Shown piece by piece: positions 1 through 9,529 of a DNA stretch of 64,000 nt. The position numbers and the translations under genes are program-made. Source of the DNA: Candidatus Parvarchaeum acidiphilum ARMAN-4 (GTDB taxonomy: Archaea > Nanobdellota > Nanobdellia > Parvarchaeales > Parvarchaeaceae); assembly GCA_002412065.1 (NCBI GenBank), contig GG730040.1, forward strand, positions 2,311-66,310. The letters are read 5' to 3'. How positions within the stretch are numbered: position 1 is the stretch's first letter; each line of letters starts with the position of its first letter. Under the pieces are notes generated by a model. The model saw only the letters and a program-made list of their open reading frames with translations. It had not been told where the DNA came from and searched no databases.

Positions 1-1243
1 ATGCATCAAGTGCCCAGAATACCCTAGTTACCCTAAGTGTGTTTTGTGAAACTGGTTCAGATATATCCCCGCCTGGTGGAGATACTGCCCCTATTATTGT
101 TGCTGCGCCGATTTTTCCGCTTAATATCCTAGCTCTACCAGCCCTTTCATAAAATTCACCTACTCTTCTACCTAAATAAGCCGGGTAACCTTCTTCTCCA
201 GGCATCTCTTCCAATCTTCCAGATAATTCTCTTAAAGCTTCTGCCCATCTTGAGGTACTGTCTGCCATTACTGCAACACTGTAGCCCATATCTCTATAAT
301 ATTCAGCAAGTGTTATTCCTGTGTATATGCTTGCTTCTCTTGCAGCTACTGGCATATTTGAAGTGTTTGCAATAAGTATGGTTCTATCCATTAAAGGTTT
401 TCCACTCTTCGGGTCTTTTAACTCTGGGAATGTCGCAAGTATCTCTGTCATTTCATTTCCTCTCTCACCGCATCCTACATAAACTATAACATCTGCATCA
501 GACCATTTTGCAAGTTGGTGCTGGATTACGGTTTTTCCAGATCCGAACGGCCCTGGAACTGCTGCAGTCCCTCCCATTGCAACAGGAAACATTGTGTCTA
601 TCACTCTTTGTCCTGTTAAAAGAGGTATGTTTGGAGAAAGTTTCTCTTTTACTGGCCTTGCAGTTCTTACCGGCCATCTTGTCATAAGCTTGATTTCTTC
701 AGTTTTATTATTATCTTCTAATATTGCAATGTTTTCTTCTATTGTGTAGTCTCCTTCTTCTGCTATCTTTTTTATTACTCCTTTTTTGTTTGCAGGTACG
801 AGAACTTTATGTTTTATTAACGAAGTTTCTTTTACCTCTCCAATCTCCTCTCCAGGTTCAACAATTTTTCCTTCCTCAACTTTTGGTTTGAAATGCCATT
901 TCTTTTCTCTGTCTAATGAATTGACTTTTACTCCGCTGCTTATGAATGTTCCTTCTTTGTCAAGAATCTTATCTAGAGGCCTTTGTATACCATCAAATAT
1001 TGATCCTATCAATCCAGGCCCTAATTCTACAGAAAGAGGTTCATTACTATCAACTGCCTTTTCTCCTATCCTAAGTCCGCTTGTATCTTCATATACCTGT
1101 ATTATAGCGTTTTCACCCTCAATTTTTACAATCTCTCCAACTAGTTCATTGCCCCCTATAAATACAATATTATTCATCTTTGGGTCTTCAAGGCCTGAAA
1201 CCGTTACAACTGAACCAGAAATTCCTATTATTTTTCCTTCCAT
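1..1243 (-). CDS. atpA: A/V-type ATP synthase subunit A (runs off the left edge of the window)
   Basis: Hand translation from ATG at 1243: [17 protein letters not shown]...QVYEDTSGL...[19 protein letters not shown]; P-loop [10 protein letters not shown]; [32 protein letters not shown]. Confidence 0.97.
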   Translation of the reverse strand, partial: MEGKIIGISGSVVTVSGLEDPKMNNIVFIGGNELVGEIVKIEGENAIIQVYEDTSGLRIGEKAVDSNEPLSVELGPGLIGSIFDGIQRPLDKILDKEGTFISSGVKVNSLDREKKWHFKPKVEEGKIVEPGEEIGEVKETSLIKHKVLVPANKKGVIKKIAEEGDYTIEENIAILEDNNKTEEIKLMTRWPVRTARPVKEKLSPNIPLLTGQRVIDTMFPVAMGGTAAVPGPFGSGKTVIQHQLAKWSDADVIVYVGCGERGNEMTEILATFPELKDPKSGKPLMDRTILIANTSNMPVAAREASIYTGITLAEYYRDMGYSVAVMADSTSRWAEALRELSGRLEEMPGEEGYPAYLGRRVGEFYERAGRARILSGKIGAATIIGAVSPPGGDISEPVSQNTLRVTRVFWALDA

Positions 1244-1244
1244 C

Positions 1245-1583
1245 TTATTTTAATTTTGTTATATCCACCCCTAATACTCTTTTTGCTAGGCTTTCTAGCG
1301 ACTCCTTATTTTCCTGTGTTTCCTGTGAAGGTATAAATAGCACCAGTGGGTCAACGCTTAAGTCCAATAAATTGCGTTCATTCTGGTCTGCATAATCTTT
1401 TATATCTTCTTCAGCTATTATAAGATTATATTCTTTGCTTTTTATTAATTTAATTACTTCTGTTAATGCCTCTTTTCCAGATAAATCAATAGAACTTTCA
1501 ATACCTGCAAGTTTTAATCCAAGTGAATCTCTTCTATCTCCTACAAAAATTATTCTTTTAAATTCCATATCCAATATCAACAA
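1245..1583 (-). CDS. atpF: A/V-type ATP synthase subunit F
   Basis: [16 protein letters not shown]-terminus and [11 protein letters not shown]-terminus; sits between atpC and atpA; true start may be a few codons downstream. Confidence 0.88.
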   Translation of the reverse strand: MLILDMEFKRIIFVGDRRDSLGLKLAGIESSIDLSGKEALTEVIKLIKSKEYNLIIAEEDIKDYADQNERNLLDLSVDPLVLFIPSQETQENKESLESLAKRVLGVDITKLK

Positions 1584-2598
1584 CTTTCTTTTCGATATTA
1601 TAATACTTTTTGAACCAGCTTAACCTTATTATATCCCGCTCTATCTCTGCGCTTATTATAAATGAAAGTGTAGATGCAACTGAAAGAGCATTAGCTCTGA
1701 ATATCTGTAGATATTTGTCATGTATAATCCTTTTTAACTCAACTTCGAAGTTGGCTATAAGCCCATCTTCTCTGTAAAGTTCAAGTGCTTCATTTAAGTC
1801 GTATGGTAAATCCTTTATAAAATCTACAATACTCATTTTTGTCATTTCATTTAATCTGTCGATATTTATTGATCCGCCCTTTATCAAAAGCTCCTTTGCC
1901 GGTTTTTTAAGCTCTATTTCTTTTATAACTGTCATGATATTTCTCAAGTCTATTAAACTCTGTATAAATCTAAGAACCGGGCCCTCATTCCCATTATAAA
2001 ATTTGAAGTTTCTTAGCAGATCCGTATAGTATTCTACGTCAAGCGCCAATGACATGCCCGAGACATCTCTGCTTAGTTCTGCAGATACGGAAAAAGGCAA
2101 TAAAACTCTTCCATAATTGTACCGTGTAAGGTAGTTTATGACTTCTACAATATCTTTTTGTTCTATTATGTTTCTGTATTCTTCTTTGCTGATTAATGAG
2201 CTCGAAAATCCTAGTGGAAAGCTTCTGCCTACCGTTAGTAAATTCTCAGTTATCTCTACATTTTTTCCTATAAGTTTAGCAGCAAGTATAAGTTTTATGT
2301 TTTGTATGTCTATTTTTGATAAGTAACTTCTTATCAATGTTTTTCCTATGCTAGGCAAAACTTGCATAGCAGATATGCAGTTATTTAAAAAATGCGTATT
2401 TATTATTATGTCTATGATATCGGGTTCCTTAAATCTATTGTAGAATTGGTCGATCTCATTTTTGTAGGAAGTATTTGAAAGAACGCTTAAAAATTCATCT
2501 TTCTTAGTTTCTTTTATTCTGTCAATTTCGTCTTTTCTTAAAAGGTTGAGATATAATGCTTTCACATGCCCATAAGCGCCTGCATAAGTAGAATCCAT
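1558..2598 (-). CDS. atpC: A/V-type ATP synthase subunit C
   Basis: 346 aa; YAGAYGHVKA N-terminus, KIDIQNIKLIL and IDLRNIMTVI motifs; operon position. Confidence 0.88.
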   Translation of the reverse strand: MDSTYAGAYGHVKALYLNLLRKDEIDRIKETKKDEFLSVLSNTSYKNEIDQFYNRFKEPDIIDIIINTHFLNNCISAMQVLPSIGKTLIRSYLSKIDIQNIKLILAAKLIGKNVEITENLLTVGRSFPLGFSSSLISKEEYRNIIEQKDIVEVINYLTRYNYGRVLLPFSVSAELSRDVSGMSLALDVEYYTDLLRNFKFYNGNEGPVLRFIQSLIDLRNIMTVIKEIELKKPAKELLIKGGSINIDRLNEMTKMSIVDFIKDLPYDLNEALELYREDGLIANFEVELKRIIHDKYLQIFRANALSVASTLSFIISAEIERDIIRLSWFKKYYNIEKKVVDIGYGI

Positions 2599-3159
2599 TT
2601 ATGCCCCCAATTTTTGAATTATCTTTTTTGCTATTTTTTCTTCTAATGATTCTATTGTCTTTTTTAGTGATAAGTCTATGGAAAATTTTCCATCAGAAGA
2701 TTCTGCATAAACTCCAAACATGTTCTTTTTAGTGAGTTTCGCATTTTTTTCCTTTTTTCCAAAAACTTGCAGATCCTCTTTGTTCATGAATAATATTGCA
2801 TCCTCTCCGATTCTTTTTTTAGCCTCTTTTATTAATATTGTCATTAACTTTGAATATTCCTGTGTTTTGCTGAATTCTTCTTCCGAAGAATAAAGATTGT
2901 TCATGCTGTCTTTAAATGCTTCACTTACTGCCTTTTTTATTATCTGATCTTTCTCAACATGTATCTTAGCGTTTTCGATCGTTTCTTTTTCTTCTGTAAG
3001 GATCTCTTTTTTAGCTTGTGCTTCTTTTAGAATTTCTGATATTTTTTTATCAGTTTCTTTATTGGACTCGTTTGCTTTAAGCTGGGCTTCTATGATTATT
3101 TTTTTTACTTTTATATCTGTTTCTTTTTCTATGTGTTCAGCTATTTTCTCAAGACTCAT
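2599..3159 (-). CDS. atpE: A/V-type ATP synthase subunit E
   Basis: MSLEKIAEHIEKE charged helical N-terminus, GVYAESSDGKFSIDLS C-terminal motif; operon position. Confidence 0.88.
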   Translation of the reverse strand: MSLEKIAEHIEKETDIKVKKIIIEAQLKANESNKETDKKISEILKEAQAKKEILTEEKETIENAKIHVEKDQIIKKAVSEAFKDSMNNLYSSEEEFSKTQEYSKLMTILIKEAKKRIGEDAILFMNKEDLQVFGKKEKNAKLTKKNMFGVYAESSDGKFSIDLSLKKTIESLEEKIAKKIIQKLGA

Positions 3160-3175
3160 ATTATCTGCTAATGCC

Positions 3176-3409
3176 TCAAAGTATCTGTAATAGCAATATT
3201 AATCCAAGTACAAATCCTATTATCCACAGCGTTTCAGGTATTACAAAGAAGAACAGTACCTGTCCAAATTTTTCTGGCTTTTCAGCAATGATTCCCATTC
3301 CTGCAGCACCTATTCCTTGCTGTGCCATTCCTGTACCTATTAAACCACCTGCTATTGCTATGGCTGCGGCTATTGCATATAAAGCGCCTGCGTCTGTTGT
3401 AACTACCAT
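3176..3409 (-). CDS. atpK: A/V-type ATP synthase proteolipid subunit K (c), single hairpin
   Basis: 77 aa, two TM helices, GIGAAG glycine motif, EKPE loop, IPETL with the ion-binding Glu. Confidence 0.95.
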   Translation of the reverse strand: MVVTTDAGALYAIAAAIAIAGGLIGTGMAQQGIGAAGMGIIAEKPEKFGQVLFFFVIPETLWIIGFVLGLILLLQIL

Positions 3410-3517
3410 ATTCTCTTACGTTTTTTTCTATTTTTAAGCTTTACTATTGTGCAATTGAATTAAAATCAATTTTTTACTTTAAATTTCAAAGAGAAAGCTT
3501 TAAAAAGGGTAATAAAG

Positions 3518-3532
3518 CGAAAGGTATTTATA
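3518..3532 (+). promoter_or_regulatory. BRE-TATA promoter of the hypothetical-cdc48-scpAB operon
   Basis: CGAAAGG-TATTTATA; spacing favours the second ATG at 3564 as a leaderless start. Confidence 0.6.
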
Positions 3533-3545
3533 CTAGTTCATTCAT

Positions 3546-4049
3546 ATGGTTTATCGTAAACATATGGAAATAAACTCAATACCTGATGATGTAATAGAAT
3601 GCCTCTTTGATGCAATAGAAAAAGATAATAAACTTTATATTATCTTGAAAGAGGACAGCAAAGACAATGAAGAGAAGATAGAAAAAGTGTTTGGAAAAGA
3701 TGTTGAATTTCTAGACATGATGGAAATAATGCAGAGAAAGATGTTTTCAGAACTAATGGATGCAACAAGCGTTTTCGATAATGAGCCTTTCCTGAATAAA
3801 TTGGGCTTCAATGAGATAACCGAGATATTTTATGATCTTACAAAACTAGAGCAAAGCAGAAAAATGCTGTTTAATTATGCTCTTCTTGGTAGAAGGGGAA
3901 AAGAAGGATTATTACAGACTTTAGGAGGGGGTAGGCTAACAAAAAGCGCAATATTTGTACCTTCTGCAAATGAAAAGGGTGCAGAGGACTTTATAAAAAA
4001 GTGGAATGTTGAATACTTGAAAAAAAGAGTATTCATCTTAGGAGGGTAA
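3546..4049 (+). CDS. Conserved hypothetical protein with a Cas2/VapD-like C-terminal half (probable start 3564)
   Basis: IFYDLTKL...FNYALLGR...GGGRLTKSAIFVP...FIKKWNV resembles the Cas2/VapD ferredoxin-fold pattern; ends 3 nt before cdc48. Confidence 0.55.
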   Translation: MVYRKHMEINSIPDDVIECLFDAIEKDNKLYIILKEDSKDNEEKIEKVFGKDVEFLDMMEIMQRKMFSELMDATSVFDNEPFLNKLGFNEITEIFYDLTKLEQSRKMLFNYALLGRRGKEGLLQTLGGGRLTKSAIFVPSANEKGAEDFIKKWNVEYLKKRVFILGG

Positions 4050-4052
4050 AGT

Positions 4053-6344
4053 ATGGAAGATGATGACAAAATGGAAATAAGTTTGAAGGTTGCAGAAGCA
4101 CAGCAAGATGATATAGGACAAAATTTTGTAAGGATAGGAACGCCTTGGATGAAGCAGATAGGTGTCAGGCCGGGGGAGTTTGTAGAAATCGAAGGGAATA
4201 GAAAGACCGTTGCAAAAGTTGATAGAGCGCATCCTGGTGATTTAGGTTTGAATATAATCAGAATGGATGGTACTACAAGAAAGAATGCAAAAGCGGCCAT
4301 AGGTGAAAATGTAATAGTCAGGAAAGTAGAGGTTTATGAAGCTGATGTACTCAACCTTTCTCCTTTCTCTTCAAAATCTATACGCGGTGCAGAAAATGTG
4401 GTGGGTAGGTTACTTTTAGATAGAGCAATATCGAAGGGAGATATAATAACGCTTGGCAGTGGAGGCAGAAGCTCATTTGCTTCGTTTTTTGGAGATGATA
4501 ATGACATAATGCGTATATTTGAGAATACAGCATTTCCGTCTTTCCAATTCGGTTTCTCAGAGCTTCGTTTTTTGGTTACTTCTACATCACCAAAAGGATT
4601 TGTGATAATAACAGAAAATACTGACATAAACATATCGCCTGAACCTGTTAAACTTTCTGAGGAATCAAGAGTCAAGCATGTAAGCTATGAAGATGTAGGA
4701 GGTTTATCAGATGAAGTTTCAAAGATAAGGGAAATGGTCGAAATGCCATTGAAACACCCTGAGATATTTATGAGGTTGGGGATAACCCCTCCAAGAGGCG
4801 TTTTGCTTTACGGGCCTCCAGGAACAGGTAAAACTTTGCTTGCAAGGGCGGTTGCAGATGAAAGCGAAGCGCATTTCATAACAATAAACGGCCCAGAAGT
4901 AATGAGCAAGTGGGTTGGCGACGCAGAAAAGAAATTAAGAGAGATATTTGATGATGCAGAAAAGAACGCTCCGTCTATTATATTTATAGACGAAATAGAT
5001 GCAATAGCAACAAAAAGAGAGGAAAGCATAGGGGAAGTTGAACATAGAGTCGTATCGCAGCTTCTCACATTAATGGACGGTTTGAGAAGTAGAGGAAAGG
5101 TAATTGTAATAGCTGCTACCAATAGACCAAATGCAATAGACCCAGCATTGCGTAGACCTGGAAGATTTGACAGGGAAATAATGTTTGGAGTTCCAAATGA
5201 AAAAGGAAGACTGGAAATACTAAACATACACACTAGAAACATGCCTCTTGACAAGAATGTTAAACTTGAAGAGATTTCAAAGATAACGCACGGTTTTGTC
5301 GGTGCAGATATAGAGTCGCTTATAAAAGAAGCAGCAATGAATGTAATAAGAAGAAATATAAATGAGTTAAATGTTAAGGAGGGCGATAACATACCAAAGA
5401 CAGTTCTTGAAAAGCTTATAGTAACGATGGATGACTTCAGGGAAGCATTAAGGTTTGTAAGACCAAGTGCAATGCGTGAAGTTTTAGTTGAAAGACCAAG
5501 TGTTGGATGGGCAGATGTTGGTGGCTTAGAACAAGTTAAGGCGCAACTTAAAGAAGCAATAGACTGGCCTTTAAAACATCCAGACTCATTCAGAAGGGTA
5601 GGAATAACCCCGCCAAAAGGGATATTGCTTTACGGGCCTCCAGGAACAGGTAAAACTTTGCTTGCAAGAGCAGTCGCACATGAAACTGAATCGAATTTCA
5701 TTGCAATAAAAGGACCGGAGATATACAATAAATATGTTGGTGAAAGCGAGAAAAGGATAAGAGAAATATTTGATAAGGCAAGGCAGGTTTCTCCATCTAT
5801 CATTTTTATAGATGAGTTGGACAGTATAGCTTCTTCCAGGTCTAACTATGAAGGAAATAATGCAACCGAACAAGTAGTTAATCAATTACTTACAGAGTTG
5901 GATGGAATAGAACCTCTTAATAATGTAATTGTAATTGGAGCTACAAATAGGGTTGATAAGGTGGACTCTGCTATACTAAGAACTGGCAGATTTGATAATA
6001 TTGTGTTTGTTCCTCCTCCAGATGAAGATGGAAGGAAAGACATACTTAAGGTATATCTAAATAAGATGCCTATAGAAGGAGATAAAGAAGCTCTTATCGA
6101 TTACCTTATCAAAAAAACTGAAGGATACGTTGGCTCTGACTTGGAGAGGCTTTCTAAAGAAGCAGGTATGAACGCGCTTAGAAATAGTATCTCTGCAAGT
6201 AAAGTAACGAAAGAAGACTTTGAAAAGGCATTGGATCTAGTAAGGCCAAGCTTGACCACTGAAGACGCAAAGAAATACGAAGAAATGGCAAAGAAACTTT
6301 ACAGTAAAAAAGAGAAGGCGAAGGAGCTTAATTACTTCGGTTGA
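4053..6344 (+). CDS. cdc48: Cdc48/VCP family AAA+ ATPase
   Basis: N-domain plus two AAA modules ([34 protein letters not shown]); C-terminal NYFG. Confidence 0.98.
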   Translation: MEDDDKMEISLKVAEAQQDDIGQNFVRIGTPWMKQIGVRPGEFVEIEGNRKTVAKVDRAHPGDLGLNIIRMDGTTRKNAKAAIGENVIVRKVEVYEADVLNLSPFSSKSIRGAENVVGRLLLDRAISKGDIITLGSGGRSSFASFFGDDNDIMRIFENTAFPSFQFGFSELRFLVTSTSPKGFVIITENTDINISPEPVKLSEESRVKHVSYEDVGGLSDEVSKIREMVEMPLKHPEIFMRLGITPPRGVLLYGPPGTGKTLLARAVADESEAHFITINGPEVMSKWVGDAEKKLREIFDDAEKNAPSIIFIDEIDAIATKREESIGEVEHRVVSQLLTLMDGLRSRGKVIVIAATNRPNAIDPALRRPGRFDREIMFGVPNEKGRLEILNIHTRNMPLDKNVKLEEISKITHGFVGADIESLIKEAAMNVIRRNINELNVKEGDNIPKTVLEKLIVTMDDFREALRFVRPSAMREVLVERPSVGWADVGGLEQVKAQLKEAIDWPLKHPDSFRRVGITPPKGILLYGPPGTGKTLLARAVAHETESNFIAIKGPEIYNKYVGESEKRIREIFDKARQVSPSIIFIDELDSIASSRSNYEGNNATEQVVNQLLTELDGIEPLNNVIVIGATNRVDKVDSAILRTGRFDNIVFVPPPDEDGRKDILKVYLNKMPIEGDKEALIDYLIKKTEGYVGSDLERLSKEAGMNALRNSISASKVTKEDFEKALDLVRPSLTTEDAKKYEEMAKKLYSKKEKAKELNYFG
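4803..4846 (+). repeat. 44-bp exact direct repeat, copy 1 (cdc48 D1 Walker A)
   Basis: TTGCTTTACGGGCCTCCAGGAACAGGTAAAACTTTGCTTGCAAG, identical to 5625-5668. Confidence 0.9.
5625..5668 (+). repeat. 44-bp exact direct repeat, copy 2 (cdc48 D2 Walker A)
   Basis: Identical to 4803-4846. Confidence 0.9.
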
Positions 6345-6345
6345 G

Positions 6346-7011
6346 ATGGATCACGAAGAAATATACAAGCTTATACTGAATGACGAACTTGGCTGGGAAC
6401 ACCTTATAACCACCATAATAAAGGACGAAGGAATGGATCCGATGGATATAGATCTTATAAAGATCGCCGACAGATTTGCTGCTTTAATCTCTAAAATAAA
6501 TCAAATAGATTTTAGATTTGGAGGCAAATTTGTTTATACTGCTGCGATACTCCTTAAAATGAAGTCTGATACCGTTGTAGATGAAATACTGGAATTAAAC
6601 GTCAAGAAACAGCATGAGGCCCAGCAAAGATACATAAAAGCCGTACCTTTTGATATAGCAGTAACATCAAAACTTCCTATTTTTAGAAGCAGGAAAATAA
6701 CCTTAACAGAATTAATAAATACCATAAGAGAAGCTATGCGCTATAACACAAAACAGAAGATAAACTTTGAATTAAAACTCAAGGAAGTAAAGATAGAAGA
6801 CAGAATAAGAACTCTTCTTTTAAAGTTGGCAAAGCTTTTCAATGCTAAGGAATTAGTATTATTTTCTGAGCTTGTAAATAAAAAGAACGATAGAAAAGAG
6901 ATAATCTACACCCTGCTTCCACTTTTGTTTATATCAAATATGAATAAAGTAGAGATATCGCAAAGCGAACCTTTTGAGGAGATATATATAAAGAGTAGGG
7001 TAAGCAGTTGA
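6346..7011 (+). CDS. scpA: Segregation and condensation protein A (kleisin)
   Basis: MDPMDIDLIKIADRF, AAILLKMKS, RKITLTELI, LLFISNMNKVEISQSEPFEEIYI. Confidence 0.92.
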   Translation: MDHEEIYKLILNDELGWEHLITTIIKDEGMDPMDIDLIKIADRFAALISKINQIDFRFGGKFVYTAAILLKMKSDTVVDEILELNVKKQHEAQQRYIKAVPFDIAVTSKLPIFRSRKITLTELINTIREAMRYNTKQKINFELKLKEVKIEDRIRTLLLKLAKLFNAKELVLFSELVNKKNDRKEIIYTLLPLLFISNMNKVEISQSEPFEEIYIKSRVSS

Positions 7012-7070
7012 AATTTATTTGCTTGTGAACTTTTAAAATCAATAAATGCGACTATTAGTATAGGATTAAC

Positions 7071-7604
7071 ATGGTAAAGATAACTGAATATGTTGAGGCA
7101 CTTATATTCTCGTTCGGTGACGGTATAAGTCTTGAAGAGATTGTAAAAAGAACTAAATCTGACCCAATAATAATCAAAAAGGCAGTTAATGATCTAAATA
7201 AGTCTTATGAGGCTAGAAATAGCGCTTTTTACATATTAACCGAAGGGAATCTTTATAGGATGAGGTTGAGAAGTGATCTTTTGCACCTTGTACAAGATAA
7301 CTTAAGAACAGATATGAGTAAAGGAGTTCTAATGACCCTAAGTTTAATAGTGTTAAATGGGAAGATACCTCAAAGTGAACTTGTTAAAAAGAGAGGTAGC
7401 ATCTCATATCAGCATGTTAAGGAATTGCAGTCCAGGGGTTTAGTATCAGCAGCTATAGAAGATGGCAAAAAAATAATCAGAATTACACCTTTATTTTATG
7501 ACTATTTCGATGTCGATAAAAAAGAGTTCAAAGAAATAAAAGAAACTATCCAGGAAGAAGTAAAAAAAGAAGATGATAAGACTATAGAATATAAGGGGAA
7601 CTAA
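7071..7604 (+). CDS. scpB: Segregation and condensation protein B
   Basis: VEALIF..., LMTLSLIV...IPQSELVKKRG..YQHVKEL, ITPLFYDYF; follows scpA. Confidence 0.92.
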   Translation: MVKITEYVEALIFSFGDGISLEEIVKRTKSDPIIIKKAVNDLNKSYEARNSAFYILTEGNLYRMRLRSDLLHLVQDNLRTDMSKGVLMTLSLIVLNGKIPQSELVKKRGSISYQHVKELQSRGLVSAAIEDGKKIIRITPLFYDYFDVDKKEFKEIKETIQEEVKKEDDKTIEYKGN

Positions 7605-8143
7605 AATACCACAACCTTACGGTTTATATTAATTTGAGGTTTTTCCTCCTTAACAGTGTTGTCTGGCTTTTTTGGCTCTTCAACGGCCTTTTTTTCAGTT
7701 TGTGGCACTTCTGCCGCCTTTACCTTTTCTATTGCTGATTTTATTGCATTTCCTATCGCAGTAAAATCACTTTCTTCCATTTTCTGTGGCTGCCAAACAT
7801 GATTTACAGTATCATCGTTATATCTGGGTATGAGGTGAATTAAAGCATGTGGAGTCACGCTGCCCTTTGTAAGCTCTTTGGTGTAAAGCATCTCTACGTT
7901 ATCTGGAGCTAGTGACAGGAGTATTGCGTATCCAACTGCTCTTGCAACACTTATGTACTGAAGAAACTCGTCCTGCGGCATTTCGTATATATTATTATAA
8001 TGTTTTTTTGGTATCATTATAACATGACCTTTGGAAGCAGGATTAATGTCTAAAACACCCATAACCATCTCATCTTCATATACCTCTTTTGAAGGCACTT
8101 TTTTGTTAGCTATCATGCAAAAAACGCATTTTTCCTCTTCCAT
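7601..8143 (-). CDS. HIT family nucleotide hydrolase
   Basis: CVFCMI, LDINPASKGHVIMIPKKH; triad is PHALIHLIPR (middle His replaced). Confidence 0.88.
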   Translation of the reverse strand: MEEEKCVFCMIANKKVPSKEVYEDEMVMGVLDINPASKGHVIMIPKKHYNNIYEMPQDEFLQYISVARAVGYAILLSLAPDNVEMLYTKELTKGSVTPHALIHLIPRYNDDTVNHVWQPQKMEESDFTAIGNAIKSAIEKVKAAEVPQTEKKAVEEPKKPDNTVKEEKPQININRKVVVF

Positions 8144-8309
8144 AATTTTATTAAACGTTTAAAGTATTTATTCTTAAGTAAAATATTCTTGTGTTGCTTA
8201 TTATTTTCTTGTGCGATTCATTTATTGTTTATTCTAAAAATATACAATTATACGCTGTGAAAATTACGATTTATAAAAAGCTTTTAAATAACAAAAACTT
8301 TGTAGTATA

Positions 8310-8570
8310 ATGAAAGCAAAAAGCAACTTAAAGTTTGTCGACGAGGAGAAAAGAGCAGTCGATGCGGCGATCGGCCTTATTCTGTTCGGATTAGGAATAA
8401 CCCTTATAGTATTTGGCTTGGTTTCCATACTTTCGACAGCAGTTCTAAGTGGGTATTTCTACAAGACTGTTACAACTCCTCCATCGTCTTACATATACCC
8501 TTTATTTGAGGTAATAATAGGAATAGTAGTGTTTTCCTTCTCAATGTGGGTATTTAAGGCAAAAATATAA
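8310..8570 (+). CDS. Small two-TM membrane protein, possible class III-like leader (KRA|VD)
   Basis: 86 aa with two hydrophobic segments; upstream TATA-like element and downstream T-tract. Confidence 0.7.
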   Translation: MKAKSNLKFVDEEKRAVDAAIGLILFGLGITLIVFGLVSILSTAVLSGYFYKTVTTPPSSYIYPLFEVIIGIVVFSFSMWVFKAKI

Positions 8571-8574
8571 GCAT

Positions 8575-8606
8575 TATTTTATTTTTTATTTTTTTTACTT
8601 TTATTC
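8575..8606 (+). terminator. Oligo-T archaeal terminator
   Basis: TTATTTTATTTTTTATTTTTTTTACTTTTATT directly after the stop at 8570. Confidence 0.55.
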
Positions 8607-8618
8607 TTGGTGAAAAAA

Positions 8619-8663
8619 GGAAAGATTTATATACTTCTTTATTGCTAAGTATTATGTAGGTGA
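8619..8663 (+). promoter_or_regulatory. BRE-TATA promoter and Shine-Dalgarno of the TrmB gene
   Basis: GGAAAGA-TTTATATA at 8619-8633; AGGTGA at 8658-8663 before ATG 8670. Confidence 0.7.
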
Positions 8664-8669
8664 TAAATT

Positions 8670-9467
8670 ATGGCATTATCGTTCAGTGAAGATTATATAG
8701 CAAAAATAAGGAGAATGTTTGGCTTAAACTTATATGAAGCAAAGGTTTGGCTGGCATTGCTTTCTCAAGGCAAGTCTACTTCAGGTAAATTAAGTGAAAT
8801 AGCCAATATACCCAAGTCAAGAGCATACGATATACTAGTTTCGCTTGAAAACGGAGGTTTTATAGTTAGGGATTTAAGCAAGCCTATAAGTTATAGGGCT
8901 ATTCCTCCTCAGGAATTGATAGAAAAACTAGAGGATAAGGCAAAGGAATCACTTGAACAGAAACTTGAAAAATTAAACAAGTTAAAAGGCAGTGCAATGT
9001 TAAATGACCTTCAAAATTTGTATGATAAAGGAATAAAATATGTTGATGAAGGCAAAGTTGCCAACTCATATCAAGGTTTAGATAATATATACTTCAGGAT
9101 AAAGAAAAGCATAAACTCCGCAAAGGGGGAAATTGTATTGATTACAACAGAACAGTCCTTAGAAAGCAAGATAAGTGCACTTGAAAGAGCACTTAAAAAG
9201 GCAAAAGCCAATAATGTGACAGTGCACGTTTATGCTCCAGTAAAGGATGTTAATGAGACATTAATGAATGAGATAAAACAGTTTGGCAAGTTAAACAAAA
9301 CAGACATTGACATAGGCAGATTTGTGATAGTAGACGGAAATGAGATATTTATATTCACTGAAAACGAGAGTGAAACTCATCCAAGTAACGAAGTAGTTCT
9401 TCACATAAAAGGCAAATATCTACCAGAGAAAATGAAAAAGCTGGTGTCCTCGCATGTTGTTAGCTAA
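8670..9467 (+). CDS. TrmB family transcriptional regulator (TrmBL2-like)
   Basis: FGLNLYEAKVWLALL...SEIANIPKSRAYDILVSLENGG wHTH; PLD-like C-domain RFVIVDG. Confidence 0.92.
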   Translation: MALSFSEDYIAKIRRMFGLNLYEAKVWLALLSQGKSTSGKLSEIANIPKSRAYDILVSLENGGFIVRDLSKPISYRAIPPQELIEKLEDKAKESLEQKLEKLNKLKGSAMLNDLQNLYDKGIKYVDEGKVANSYQGLDNIYFRIKKSINSAKGEIVLITTEQSLESKISALERALKKAKANNVTVHVYAPVKDVNETLMNEIKQFGKLNKTDIDIGRFVIVDGNEIFIFTENESETHPSNEVVLHIKGKYLPEKMKKLVSSHVVS

Positions 9468-9529
9468 TGTCGTAAAAAGTCTGTGAATAGTTAGCATTTA
9501 ATATTTAGAATTTTTTTAGATAGTTAAAT

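Noticed and set aside
786-1623. Plus-strand track ORFs 786-1253, 1180-1395, 1435-1623 and the many similar antisense ORFs across the window
   Set aside because: Shadows of well-supported genes on the opposite strand, with no motifs of their own.
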